The position numbers and the translations under genes are program-made. The notes beneath the pieces are model-generated. The model did no database searches, was not told the DNA's origin, and was given only the letters and a program-made list of their open reading frames with translations. DNA of 64,000 nucleotides from a virus (Duplodnaviria; Caudoviricetes): IMG/VR virus record IMGVR_UViG_3300008267_000012; one strand, given 5' to 3'. Shown in pieces: positions 1 through 8,959 of this stretch. Each line of letters starts with the position of its first letter. Positions within the stretch are counted from its first letter, which is position 1.

Positions 1-1446
1 ATCATTCCTTTGAAATTCATCAATATATTGTTGTCTTGTTTCAACATCTACATCTCCTGTAAATAATCTTGAATTTTCAGGTGAATATTCATAAACCTTT
101 TTTAAGGTTGATTTAAATTCATCAAATATGATGAGTTTTTGCCCTTCTTCATTATATGATTTAATTATATCAGATAAATAATTGATTTTCAATGATGAAG
201 TGTATTGTCTTAACTTTTGTAAGACAGTTAAGAAATGCATTTTATCACTTAGATTATCTGATACTTCAAGTTTTGATAAATCCATTGTCTTTAATCCACT
301 TTCAATATCATCATATTCATCAAATTGTTCATCTGACATATCAATGAAGACTTCATTAATAAGAAGAGATGGTAAATCTTTTAAAACATCAGTTTTCTTT
401 ACTCTAAACATTACTCCATCCATTTTATTGAATAGAATATCTAAACTAATGTCTTTATGTGATTCGTAACCAAATCTACCTTTTATCATTCCGCAGAAAT
501 TCTCATAATAGAATCTTTTACTCTTAATTTGATAGGGAGAAAGCAAATGAAGTTGTGTATAGAGTTCAGTTACCCTTGATGGCATTGGAGTGCCTGTAAG
601 TAGGAAAATGAATGGAAAATCAATGGTTTTAATTGTGTAAAGAAGATTCTTTGTTTGGTTTGCCTTTTCATTCTTAATATTTTGAGATTCATCCAAAATA
701 ATTGCGTCAAAATTTGGAAAAGGTTTTTTAAATTTCCTTTCAAATGAATTTTTAAATACACCTGGTCTATCTCTAAAGAAATTATAATTTACAATAATAT
801 ATTTTGCATCCTTAATTTCACAATCATTTTTTTTATATCCAACTATATGAACTTTTTTATGTTTTGTGAATTTTTTAATTTCATTTTGATAATTGAATTT
901 AAGACTGTTGGGAACAACTACTAATACCTTTTTAATATCTTTTGACATTTCACAGGCAAGGATACTTGTGATTGATTTACCACAGCCTTGTTCAAATCCA
1001 AGCATTGCCTTTTTTCTGAACAAAAGAAAATCAGCACCTATACATTGATAATTGAATGGATTGATTCCTTCTTCTAAGAATTTTTTATAATTCTTTAAAT
1101 CAACTTCTCTATCTAATTTTTTTATTTTCTTAGAATGGTCATCTAATTTTTCTTCATCAGATTTATTTTTTTCTTTGTCTTTATTTTCTTCTAAGAGTTT
1201 ATCTTTTACTTTGATAAAATCATTCCTATCCTCAAATGAATTAAATTTAAAGAATATATTTTTATCACCTTTATAGGATTTAATAATATCAAATAAATCT
1301 AAACAATGAACTTCCCAAGAGTTATCTGATTTTTCAAACTTTGAGTGTTCATATTGTTTAATTCTTTGAATTAAATCAAGTAAATAAGGAAAAGATAGGG
1401 AGAAGAATCTTGACCTCCCTATCCTTTTTACTTTAATATTAATCAT
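1..1446 (-). CDS. SNF2/SWI2-family (DEAD/DEAH-like SF2) helicase, 3' end truncated by window edge
   Basis: Manual translation from ATG at 1446 is open to base 1. It shows motif I GFEQGCGKS, LVVVPNSLKFN (Ia), IILDESQNIKN (II), LLTGTPMPSRVTELY (III), FRVKKTDVLKDLP and TVLQKLRQ, plus the start of the helicase-C domain. Absent from the ORF track because there is no stop inside the window. Confidence 0.92.
   Translation of the reverse strand, partial: MINIKVKRIGRSRFFSLSFPYLLDLIQRIKQYEHSKFEKSDNSWEVHCLDLFDIIKSYKGDKNIFFKFNSFEDRNDFIKVKDKLLEENKDKEKNKSDEEKLDDHSKKIKKLDREVDLKNYKKFLEEGINPFNYQCIGADFLLFRKKAMLGFEQGCGKSITSILACEMSKDIKKVLVVVPNSLKFNYQNEIKKFTKHKKVHIVGYKKNDCEIKDAKYIIVNYNFFRDRPGVFKNSFERKFKKPFPNFDAIILDESQNIKNEKANQTKNLLYTIKTIDFPFIFLLTGTPMPSRVTELYTQLHLLSPYQIKSKRFYYENFCGMIKGRFGYESHKDISLDILFNKMDGVMFRVKKTDVLKDLPSLLINEVFIDMSDEQFDEYDDIESGLKTMDLSKLEVSDNLSDKMHFLTVLQKLRQYTSSLKINYLSDIIKSYNEEGQKLIIFDEFKSTLKKVYEYSPENSRLFTGDVDVETRQQYIDEFQRND
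1390..1429 (-). terminator. Intrinsic-terminator-like hairpin inside the 5' end of the SNF2 ORF
   Basis: GATAGGGAG (1394-1402) / CTCCCTATC (1415-1423) perfect 9-bp stem, followed by TTTTCCTTATTT on the minus strand and CTTTTT on the plus strand. Confidence 0.55.
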
Positions 1447-1448
1447 TT

Positions 1449-2072
1449 TTAATTTCCTTGAGCCTTTTTCCTTTGAAGAGTCTCAAATAATATTTCTTTT
1501 GCTTTTTCTTTAATTACATCTCTAAAAACAGATTCCATCATAACTTTTAATCTATCTTTTGAAAAAATTTCTTTAAAAAGAATTTTTGTTACTTCTTCAG
1601 TAACCATTTGTCTAATATCTTTTTCGTTTAATGAAACAGATGATTGCGGTATATTTTCTTCTTTTTTATATTCCTTTGCTTCGTTAATAAAATCTTGATA
1701 TTGTGTTTCAATTCTTTTATTTTCAATAATAGGCATTGCTTGTGGTCTATTTCCTGATAATAAAGACATAATTTCATCAGGAGATACTTGTCTTTTACTC
1801 ATACCAATTTTATCTGCCTTTGTTTTTGCTAAAATTTCAGAAATTGGAACTTGTCTTTCTTTTTGCTCAACCATAGGTTGAGATTGTTTTTGTTGTTTTA
1901 CAGGTGTAATTTTTTTTGCTTTAACAACACCATTATTTGTTTCCATTGAATCAGCAACTTCGTTGATTTTCTTAATCTTATTCAACCAAGCCTCTGATAA
2001 TTGTGCAGTATTATCAGTTGGTCTTTCTACACCACCTAATACCTTTAGTGCTTTTAATCCTACTTGACTCAT
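1449..2072 (-). CDS. Hypothetical protein (207 aa)
   Basis: Intact ORF, tightly packed between neighbours; no recognisable motif. Confidence 0.7.
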   Translation of the reverse strand: MSQVGLKALKVLGGVERPTDNTAQLSEAWLNKIKKINEVADSMETNNGVVKAKKITPVKQQKQSQPMVEQKERQVPISEILAKTKADKIGMSKRQVSPDEIMSLLSGNRPQAMPIIENKRIETQYQDFINEAKEYKKEENIPQSSVSLNEKDIRQMVTEEVTKILFKEIFSKDRLKVMMESVFRDVIKEKAKEILFETLQRKKAQGN

Positions 2073-2091
2073 AATATTATAATACGTTTTT

Positions 2092-2604
2092 TTATTTCTT
2101 TTTATTTATAGTGAAAATGGTTGTAACATCGGTCAATGCCTTGTTAAACAGTTTGTTTAGTTTTGGTCTATTAGCAGCAATAAAAGCATCACTTGTATCA
2201 ATATTTTGAATAGTATATTTAAAATCACTAATACCATCTAAACGAAACATTCTCCATCTAACTTTATCGTGTGGAGTTGCATCAATTGCATTTAATGTTT
2301 TTGATGTTATATTTTTTAACCAACCATAAATTACTCTATTTCCCCATTTATTTGTACCAAGAGCAAAAATTTCAACATCTCTATAACCTTTAACACCACC
2401 ACTAGGGTCATCAGGTGCTTCATAATTAAATTTGCACACAGGAATACCCTTCCTTCTTCTGTTGAATTTCATAGCATTTATTATTTTTCCCTCAATGTCT
2501 GAACCTGATGGTTTTTCTGTATCTAACCTAGTGTCTTGTTCGGTAATGAGTTTTTTTAATAATAAATGCTCTAAGTATAATAATTTACTTTTGGTACTAA
2601 GCAT
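2092..2604 (-). CDS. Stand-alone WYL-domain protein
   Basis: Pattern FNYE...YRDVEIFALG...VIYGW...WRMFRLDGISD matches the WYL fold (R-x-F-R-L-D-x-I). ATG at 2604 overlaps the upstream TAA (TAATG); the track's start at 2616 is TTG. Confidence 0.75.
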   Translation of the reverse strand: MLSTKSKLLYLEHLLLKKLITEQDTRLDTEKPSGSDIEGKIINAMKFNRRRKGIPVCKFNYEAPDDPSGGVKGYRDVEIFALGTNKWGNRVIYGWLKNITSKTLNAIDATPHDKVRWRMFRLDGISDFKYTIQNIDTSDAFIAANRPKLNKLFNKALTDVTTIFTINKKK

Positions 2605-2948
2605 TAGGAATTCCAAGTAACATTATATTCATTTCCTGGTCTGTACTTATTTTGTGCAAGTGTACCTGGTGAGTCAGAACCTATTCTTGCTCTTATATCA
2701 TCTTTTCCACCAACATTGAAAATTGCATCTTGGTAGGATGCAGGTGGTTGTGCAGGTTCTTTACCATGATTATCACCATTTATACCTTCTGAGTATACAT
2801 ATGGGTGATTTTTAGTGTATGGGTTATTGATATTAATTTTATCATACCCAATTGGTGCAATTTGTTGAAGTTCAACTCTTCTTACATTACCAATTGTTTT
2901 TATTGGACTATTTGATGGTTGAATTGGGGTTGGGGTTGGGGTTGCCAT
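2604..2948 (-). CDS. Hypothetical protein, Pro-rich N-terminus (possible virion protein)
   Basis: Intact ORF in the operon downstream of the CTATTTATA motif at 3181-3189. Confidence 0.6.
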   Translation of the reverse strand: MATPTPTPIQPSNSPIKTIGNVRRVELQQIAPIGYDKININNPYTKNHPYVYSEGINGDNHGKEPAQPPASYQDAIFNVGGKDDIRARIGSDSPGTLAQNKYRPGNEYNVTWNS

Positions 2949-2965
2949 ATTAATTTAATTTAATT

Positions 2966-3169
2966 TTATTCTCCGATTTGATTTTCTAATTTGTTAAGTT
3001 CATCATCAAGTAGATTTTTAACATAACCAACTGTATTATCTTTTATTGTTTCATTCATTGTTTTTTTGTTTTCGCTAAAAGTACGGTTTTTCTGACCTTT
3101 GAAATTCAAAAGATAATCAAGTCTTTTTGCATTATAATCTGTGGAATTATATGATTTAAACTTTTTCAT
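2966..3169 (-). CDS. Small hypothetical protein (67 aa)
   Basis: ATG lies 11 nt after the CTATTTATA motif. Confidence 0.6.
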   Translation of the reverse strand: MKKFKSYNSTDYNAKRLDYLLNFKGQKNRTFSENKKTMNETIKDNTVGYVKNLLDDELNKLENQIGE

Positions 3170-3180
3170 AGTTATTTTAT

Positions 3181-3189
3181 TATAAATAG
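3181..3189 (-). promoter_or_regulatory. Putative late promoter CTATTTATA
   Basis: Exact motif 11 nt upstream of ATG 3169; recurs before many structural genes. Confidence 0.65.
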
Positions 3190-3201
3190 ATACTTTTAAA
3201 A

Positions 3202-3210
3202 CTATTTACA
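3202..3210 (+). promoter_or_regulatory. Putative late promoter variant CTATTTACA (divergent partner)
   Basis: One mismatch to the consensus, 5 nt upstream of ATG 3216. Confidence 0.5.
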
Positions 3211-3215
3211 ATAAA

Positions 3216-4001
3216 ATGATTCCAAAAGGTGCTAAATATGGTAATAAAGTTTTTATAGGTAAATCAGGAGAAGAAAGAGTTAGAGAACTTTTAGATGATA
3301 CTGATGCAAAAACTGTTTTTTTACCTGAATCAATTTCTATAATTGATTTAGATGCGGAAATTGTTAATGTACTTAATTATGGTGCATTATCTGTAACATC
3401 TGATTCAAGAAAAGAAAGAGTTCCTGCTTTTTTATTTGGTGCTGAAAAATGGAGTGAGTTTTCTAAAACTTGGCAATATACTGATGATGATAAAAATCTA
3501 ATATTTCCAATTATTACTATTCGTAAGACAGAAACTAAGTTTGGTTCTAGATTAGGTGAAAATAGACACTTTATTTCTAATCAAAAAACTTATGAATATA
3601 CAAGAGTTCCTGTAAGAGATGCTAATAATGGTGTTGTTGGATATGAAATATATAAAATACCAAATCCAACACCAATTGATATTACATATGAAATAAGAAT
3701 GTTTAGTGATTTCTCAAGAGATATGAATAAATTTGATGAGAAATTTATGCGTCAATTTCAAGACAGACAATTTTATATCAATGTTAAAGGTCATTATATG
3801 CCTGTATTTTTAGTATCAAGTTCTGATGAATCAGAAACGGATATTGAAAAAGCAAATTACTTAATAAAAATACATAATATAAATCTAAGAGGTTTTATTC
3901 TTGATGAGAATGATTTTGAAATTGTTCGTGCTAATCAAAGAATAGTAAAAATTACGGAAATAAACGGTAAGGAAGTAGGTAGAGATAATTATCAATTATA
4001 A
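3216..4001 (+). CDS. Tail completion/terminator-like protein (T4 gp15/gp3-like)
   Basis: LIFPIITIRKT...PTPIDITYEIRMFS...MNKFDEKF...YINVKGHYMPV...INLRGFIL resembles tail sheath stabiliser/terminator proteins, by recall only. Confidence 0.5.
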   Translation: MIPKGAKYGNKVFIGKSGEERVRELLDDTDAKTVFLPESISIIDLDAEIVNVLNYGALSVTSDSRKERVPAFLFGAEKWSEFSKTWQYTDDDKNLIFPIITIRKTETKFGSRLGENRHFISNQKTYEYTRVPVRDANNGVVGYEIYKIPNPTPIDITYEIRMFSDFSRDMNKFDEKFMRQFQDRQFYINVKGHYMPVFLVSSSDESETDIEKANYLIKIHNINLRGFILDENDFEIVRANQRIVKITEINGKEVGRDNYQL

Positions 4002-4002
4002 T

Positions 4003-4521
4003 ATGAATACTTATTATTTAGATATCTTTTTAAAAAAAACCTATAAAAATTTAGGTCTATTTGATATTGCTGACCCAAATGCAACTATAAATGGTACACT
4101 AAGTGCATCAACAGTTATAGTACCAACATCTCCAACAATACCAATAATACAACCAAGAAATGTTTATGTAACAGGCACAACAAAGAGTAGATTAAACGAA
4201 GTTAAATCATACGATAAAATTAATCCTTATAAAGTTGGTGTTAAAGGTGTGACAGGTGTAACATCAGAATATGTAGAATATATAATTGATGATATTTATT
4301 ATAAAACATTTTTATCAGGTGAATCAACTTATTTTGAATTTAGAAAAATGAGTGACACATTAGACCAAAAAATTATTATTGCTAACGAAAATTTAGTATC
4401 AATTGATATCAAAAAAACTTTAAATGCAATGGTTATTGATAGAAGTAATATGTCAATTTATGATTACTTTAGTAAAATAAATAATTGCAGTAGTCTTGAT
4501 GATATAATGGAAATTTTTTAA
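4003..4521 (+). CDS. Putative structural protein
   Basis: Intact ORF, co-oriented with tail genes, contains TG/SG motifs typical of the virion proteins here. Confidence 0.55.
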   Translation: MNTYYLDIFLKKTYKNLGLFDIADPNATINGTLSASTVIVPTSPTIPIIQPRNVYVTGTTKSRLNEVKSYDKINPYKVGVKGVTGVTSEYVEYIIDDIYYKTFLSGESTYFEFRKMSDTLDQKIIIANENLVSIDIKKTLNAMVIDRSNMSIYDYFSKINNCSSLDDIMEIF

Positions 4522-4522
4522 T

Positions 4523-4531
4523 CTATTTAAA
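4523..4531 (+). promoter_or_regulatory. Putative late promoter variant CTATTTAAA
   Basis: One mismatch to the consensus, 11 nt upstream of ATG 4543. Confidence 0.4.
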
Positions 4532-4542
4532 GAAAAACATAA

Positions 4543-5448
4543 ATGGCATTAGGTGTTGCAAATATTATAAAACCAGCAACTGTTGATTTAGCAGATGTTG
4601 AAGTATTATATTCATTTACCCCAGATAGGATAACTAAACCAACTAACTTTACAAAAGTTCCAATAACTAATGATATTCTTGAACCAAGATATATTAATAG
4701 TAACTCAGATGTACCTTTACAAGGTATGTATTTATTAAAACTTAATAGTACTGTTTTTACTTCAGTTGGTTTTTATACAATTATTATTAGACCAAAACAA
4801 ATTACAGTCACAATTTTAGATTGTGGTGTATTATCTCAATTACCCGACCAAAAAGGTATTGTTCTTGATACAAATGAACAAGCAATCTCTGAATTGGGTT
4901 CAAAATTAGTACCAGGTGGATTATCAGGTTATAGAATAGAATATCTTGATGATAATGGTTTATTGGTAAATAACCTTTTTACAACTGTTTCTTTCTCAAA
5001 TCGTTGTGAACCTATTAGTCAAGCATCACAATCAACAACTCAAAAATCAATAGTTTATAGGTTAAATGATGTAGGTAGTCTTTTATATCTTTCAGTTACA
5101 CCTGCAACTAGCCCATCAATAAAACCAAATGCATTTCCTTATATTGGTATTGCAGGTCAAAAAATAATTATGTCAAATACTTATTTTGACCAACAAGTAA
5201 TTGATATTGAATTAAGTGAATATGATTTAAAGAAAATTGCTCTTCTTGTTAATGGTGAGAGAACACTTAATGTTGAAACAGGTATTGAAAATATTTATGA
5301 TGATAGTAAAAATATTTTAGCACAATCAACTTTATATGATATTAAGGATGAATTTCAAAATCCTTTATATAAAGTTAAGCAAAATAATACTGATATTAAT
5401 CAAAGTGAAACTTGGACTAGTATTACTGATGGTGTTGTGAATCAATAG
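4543..5448 (+). CDS. Putative structural protein (beta-rich)
   Basis: Intact 301-aa ORF ending in TAG; its 3' end overlaps the convergent NUDIX gene by 26 nt. Confidence 0.6.
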   Translation: MALGVANIIKPATVDLADVEVLYSFTPDRITKPTNFTKVPITNDILEPRYINSNSDVPLQGMYLLKLNSTVFTSVGFYTIIIRPKQITVTILDCGVLSQLPDQKGIVLDTNEQAISELGSKLVPGGLSGYRIEYLDDNGLLVNNLFTTVSFSNRCEPISQASQSTTQKSIVYRLNDVGSLLYLSVTPATSPSIKPNAFPYIGIAGQKIIMSNTYFDQQVIDIELSEYDLKKIALLVNGERTLNVETGIENIYDDSKNILAQSTLYDIKDEFQNPLYKVKQNNTDINQSETWTSITDGVVNQ

Positions 5449-6355
5449 ATTCTTGGTTAGCAACCATTATATCATGAACCCTTTTTATCATCTCCATTAA
5501 ATTTGGAACGGTATCGTAATTTTTTATTTCATCACTATTAACCCACATATAACCTGTGTGTTCGTCATTTAATTTAATCTTATCGCTATTCGTTACTTTT
5601 GAAACAAATACATATAAAAATGTACTATCTTCAATAGTTGAATATACAAGTTTTGGTTTCTTTAATGTTAAATTTGTTTCTTCTTTTGCTTCTCTGATTA
5701 TACACTCTTCAGGAATTTCATTTTCTTCAACACCACCACCAATTAAAGCAAACTTACCTGCCATCCAATTATCGTTTTCTGACCTTCTTACCAATAATAA
5801 TTTATTCTCTTCGTTAAATACAATACATACACAAGCAAATTTTAATTTAATTGGTAAATTTAAATCTAGGTTTTCACTTTCCATAATTGCTCTTGGTTTT
5901 AAATCTTTAATCATGTTTTTAACTTTTGGCATTTCAGGGGCTTTTACAAAATCTTTTGTATGTGTTTTTCTAAACTGATTTGAAAAACCACCAAACTTAG
6001 TTTTTACTTTTTTACTTCTTTGAATTGGATTTCTTAAACTTTTTAATTGGTTTTCAACCCAAATTTTCATTTTATCCCCACCTAAAAACATTAAATCATT
6101 TTTCTTTTGTTGTCTTTGTAATTCTCTTTCCTCTGCTTTTAAATCAACATCCGTTTCTTCAGCACTATCAAATATACCTTTAATTCTTTTTAAATTTTCA
6201 TAAGATAAAAATTTGGTTCTCACAATATTCTTCCCCTTTTGTTTTGTTGATGCAGGAGTATTTTTATTTTTAATTAAACGGAAATTAATCTCATCAATAA
6301 CATGTTGAGGAACTTTGTAATAGGTATTTTTACCGCTTAATTTTGAATTAGCCAT
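5423..6355 (-). CDS. NUDIX hydrolase fused to an uncharacterised basic N-terminal domain
   Basis: Nudix box GGGVEENEIPEECIIREAKEETNL; LLLVRR...W...GKFALIGG; EHTGYMWV. The N-terminal ~165 aa are Lys-rich. Confidence 0.88.
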   Translation of the reverse strand: MANSKLSGKNTYYKVPQHVIDEINFRLIKNKNTPASTKQKGKNIVRTKFLSYENLKRIKGIFDSAEETDVDLKAEERELQRQQKKNDLMFLGGDKMKIWVENQLKSLRNPIQRSKKVKTKFGGFSNQFRKTHTKDFVKAPEMPKVKNMIKDLKPRAIMESENLDLNLPIKLKFACVCIVFNEENKLLLVRRSENDNWMAGKFALIGGGVEENEIPEECIIREAKEETNLTLKKPKLVYSTIEDSTFLYVFVSKVTNSDKIKLNDEHTGYMWVNSDEIKNYDTVPNLMEMIKRVHDIMVANQESIDSQHHQ

Positions 6356-6873
6356 TAAAAACTATCAATTAGTCTACTATTTTTATTCATTATTTTTTTA
6401 CACAATTTGTGTTTAGCCTCTTGTGGTAATTCTTCAATATTTATATTTTTAATTAATTCAGAAAATAAATTAAATATTGCTTTTAATTTACTCGGTTCTT
6501 CAGGAATTAATTTTACTATATTTTCAATAGAAGATACTAAATCATCATTTTCAAAATGTGTGTCATCAACTAAATCACCGTTTAAATCATCATCTTTTGA
6601 AAGAATTGAATCTTCTGATACAATACCTAAGAATAATCCTGGAGGTGCTAAAATAGATGACCTTTGCGTTGCATTTGCCATTTGTCTAGCAACTCTATCT
6701 GAAGTGTTAACAACATATATTTCAGCATTACCCATAGGTGAATCACCAATTTCAGGAATAGTATATGTATCATCTAAAATACCTTCTTCAATTTCTTTTT
6801 TTGGTTTTTTATCTTTTGATTCAACCGTTTTATTTGCTAACTCAGCTATTTTTTTTAACTTATCCTCTTTCAT
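6355..6873 (-). CDS. Hypothetical acidic protein
   Basis: Intact ORF; its stop overlaps the NUDIX start (TAATG); preceded by CTATTTATA. Confidence 0.65.
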   Translation of the reverse strand: MKEDKLKKIAELANKTVESKDKKPKKEIEEGILDDTYTIPEIGDSPMGNAEIYVVNTSDRVARQMANATQRSSILAPPGLFLGIVSEDSILSKDDDLNGDLVDDTHFENDDLVSSIENIVKLIPEEPSKLKAIFNLFSELIKNINIEELPQEAKHKLCKKIMNKNSRLIDSF

Positions 6874-6888
6874 TAGATAACTATTTTA

Positions 6889-6897
6889 TATAAATAG
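6889..6897 (-). promoter_or_regulatory. Putative late promoter CTATTTATA within a 9-bp inverted repeat (6878-6900)
   Basis: TAACTATTT-ATATA-AAATAGTTA ends 4 nt before ATG 6873. Confidence 0.65.
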
Positions 6898-6907
6898 TTA
6901 TTTTGTT

Positions 6908-6937
6908 TTAAATGTAAGGTTCATAAGGTGGATATGG
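6908..6937. repeat. 30-bp repeat copy 1 (29/30 identical to 7912-7941)
   Basis: Coding strand CCATATCCACCTTATGA(A/C)CCTTACATTTAA closes both paralogues. Confidence 0.85.
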
Positions 6938-7900
6938 TCTTCTCCATCTATTTAAAGGTCCAAGTTTTAAATTTAATTTAGCAAGACCAGCTCCAGCATC
7001 TGGTGTATTCTCTGTTGTTGTATATGCATATTTTGTTGTTAATTTTGGATATGTTAAATTTATTGTGCTTGATGAACTATTTCCACCAAATTTTTGATAC
7101 ATTGGTATATAAAACAATATATCAGATTGATTAATATTAGGTGTATCAGTTTCTCCTTCAAATAAATGCCAATAATTATCATATTTATACATTTTTTGTG
7201 CAAATAATTCAAATTCAGTAGGTGTCATAGTTGTTTTTGCCATACCAAAATTATGTACATTCATATTCATACCCATAGCTTGAATAGCACCACCGAACCC
7301 ACCTTTATAAAGAAATTTAATATTATTTAAATATATAAACGGTAAGCCGTATACGGCACTTGGATGAACTTTCTTATAATTATTCATATATGTTGTAAAT
7401 GCACTTATTTGATTAAAATTTTTACTAGGTTCTTTATAAACCAATAAATTAAAACTACTTATACCTGTGCTTGCGGTTGATGGAACTATCCTAACATTAC
7501 TTTCTGTAACCCCTGGAATTAAATCTCTATAAGGTATTGAAGACCATGAACTACCACCTAAATTTAATGACATATATGGTGGTTGTATACCCGATGCTTC
7601 AAAAGTGACTGTAAAAGATGATTGAGTTATACTATAATAAGAAAGTCCATCTGTTGTAAAAAAATAACCTGCATTTAAATTAGTACCACCTGTACTAAGA
7701 TTTAAAATATTAAATCTTGCCCAAAAAATAAAACCTTCTGTTTCAAGAATTTTTTCATTATTAAAACCATTTAAAAATATAGCGCATCTATCTATAACAT
7801 TTGCTCCGCTTATAGCATAAACACTACCAAAACCGTTTTTATAACCTACACCTTCTTGTGTTGCTCCTGAATTGTATAATAATCCTACAAAATTTTCCAT
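6908..7900 (-). CDS. Putative virion adhesin/receptor-binding protein A (C-terminal PYPPYEPYI)
   Basis: Beta/aromatic-rich 330 aa; shares N-terminal YKxGFGS and C-terminal GPxNxW++PYPPY(E/D)PYI with the next ORF. Confidence 0.55.
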   Translation of the reverse strand: MENFVGLLYNSGATQEGVGYKNGFGSVYAISGANVIDRCAIFLNGFNNEKILETEGFIFWARFNILNLSTGGTNLNAGYFFTTDGLSYYSITQSSFTVTFEASGIQPPYMSLNLGGSSWSSIPYRDLIPGVTESNVRIVPSTASTGISSFNLLVYKEPSKNFNQISAFTTYMNNYKKVHPSAVYGLPFIYLNNIKFLYKGGFGGAIQAMGMNMNVHNFGMAKTTMTPTEFELFAQKMYKYDNYWHLFEGETDTPNINQSDILFYIPMYQKFGGNSSSSTINLTYPKLTTKYAYTTTENTPDAGAGLAKLNLKLGPLNRWRRPYPPYEPYI

Positions 7901-7911
7901 AATATTAATTT

Positions 7912-7941
7912 TTAAATGTAAGGGTCATAAGGTGGATATGG
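7912..7941. repeat. 30-bp repeat copy 2
   Basis: See 6908-6937. Confidence 0.85.
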
Positions 7942-8958
7942 TTTTTTCCATATGTTATATGGACCTTTATATACTGAAGCAGATTGTGTTGGTTGATTTG
8001 CTTGATAATTTGTTGTACCTGTTGATACAAAATCTGCTATAGGTGATTGTAAATTTGCTGCGGATACATTACCTAAAACTAGTTCAATATAAAATTTTTT
8101 ACTAGGATTATAATAATCTCTAATATCTTTTCCCTCTTTTAAATATAATGGAAAATAATAAACTGCATTAGTTGGATTAACACTATATGCTGTTGGTAAT
8201 AAATGTATATAATTATCAACTCTATGTAATTCAGTAACTAAATTATCAATATATGTTGTTGTTAATCCTGTGTCAAGTTTAAAAACAGAATTATTAAATA
8301 CATACATTGGTACTGTTCTACTAAAAGGAAACGCAGTGCCAAAACTTCCACCAAAATAAATATCATTAAATGTAACTGATGATAATTGATTTAATGGTAT
8401 TCTAGCAGTATTTCCATCATAAATAACACTTCCAGCATTTGTAAGTGTTTTAAGTTCACCATTCATATAAAATCTATATGAGGATGCTGCTGTAAAAGGA
8501 CCTTCATTTTTATATAATGTAAAATTATATACTTTATTTCTATATATTTGATTAGTTGGAACTATAGCATTATAAGCTAGAATTATACCGCCCTGTCCTC
8601 CTTCATTAGCAATAAAGTTAAAATAAACATATCTTCCATTTTGAAAATTAAAGTTCATATGGAGTATATTTGTGATTGGTCCATCACCTCTATAAACTAC
8701 AGTAGGTGCATTAGTAACTCCACCATATATATCAGAACCAGTTACAGCTTCAGGTAATATTCTATATGTCCATATAAAAGGTTCATTTGCTAAAATTGTT
8801 TTACTTATACCACTAATTCTTGGTGTACGATTTTGATAAAATGTTTTTGCTGTATATGCACTATCTCCACCAACCCCTGCGAAAAGAAAACTTATACTTC
8901 CAACTCTTAAAGCACTTCCAAAACCACTTTTATATTGTAATCCTAAATTATTTGGCAT
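7912..8958 (-). CDS. Putative virion adhesin/lectin-like (LamG/ConA-like) protein B (C-terminal PYPPYDPYI)
   Basis: YRFYMNGELK and DIYFGGSFG are ConA/LamG-like strands; termini paralogous to 6908-7900. Confidence 0.55.
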   Translation of the reverse strand: MPNNLGLQYKSGFGSALRVGSISFLFAGVGGDSAYTAKTFYQNRTPRISGISKTILANEPFIWTYRILPEAVTGSDIYGGVTNAPTVVYRGDGPITNILHMNFNFQNGRYVYFNFIANEGGQGGIILAYNAIVPTNQIYRNKVYNFTLYKNEGPFTAASSYRFYMNGELKTLTNAGSVIYDGNTARIPLNQLSSVTFNDIYFGGSFGTAFPFSRTVPMYVFNNSVFKLDTGLTTTYIDNLVTELHRVDNYIHLLPTAYSVNPTNAVYYFPLYLKEGKDIRDYYNPSKKFYIELVLGNVSAANLQSPIADFVSTGTTNYQANQPTQSASVYKGPYNIWKKPYPPYDPYI

Positions 8959-8959
8959 A

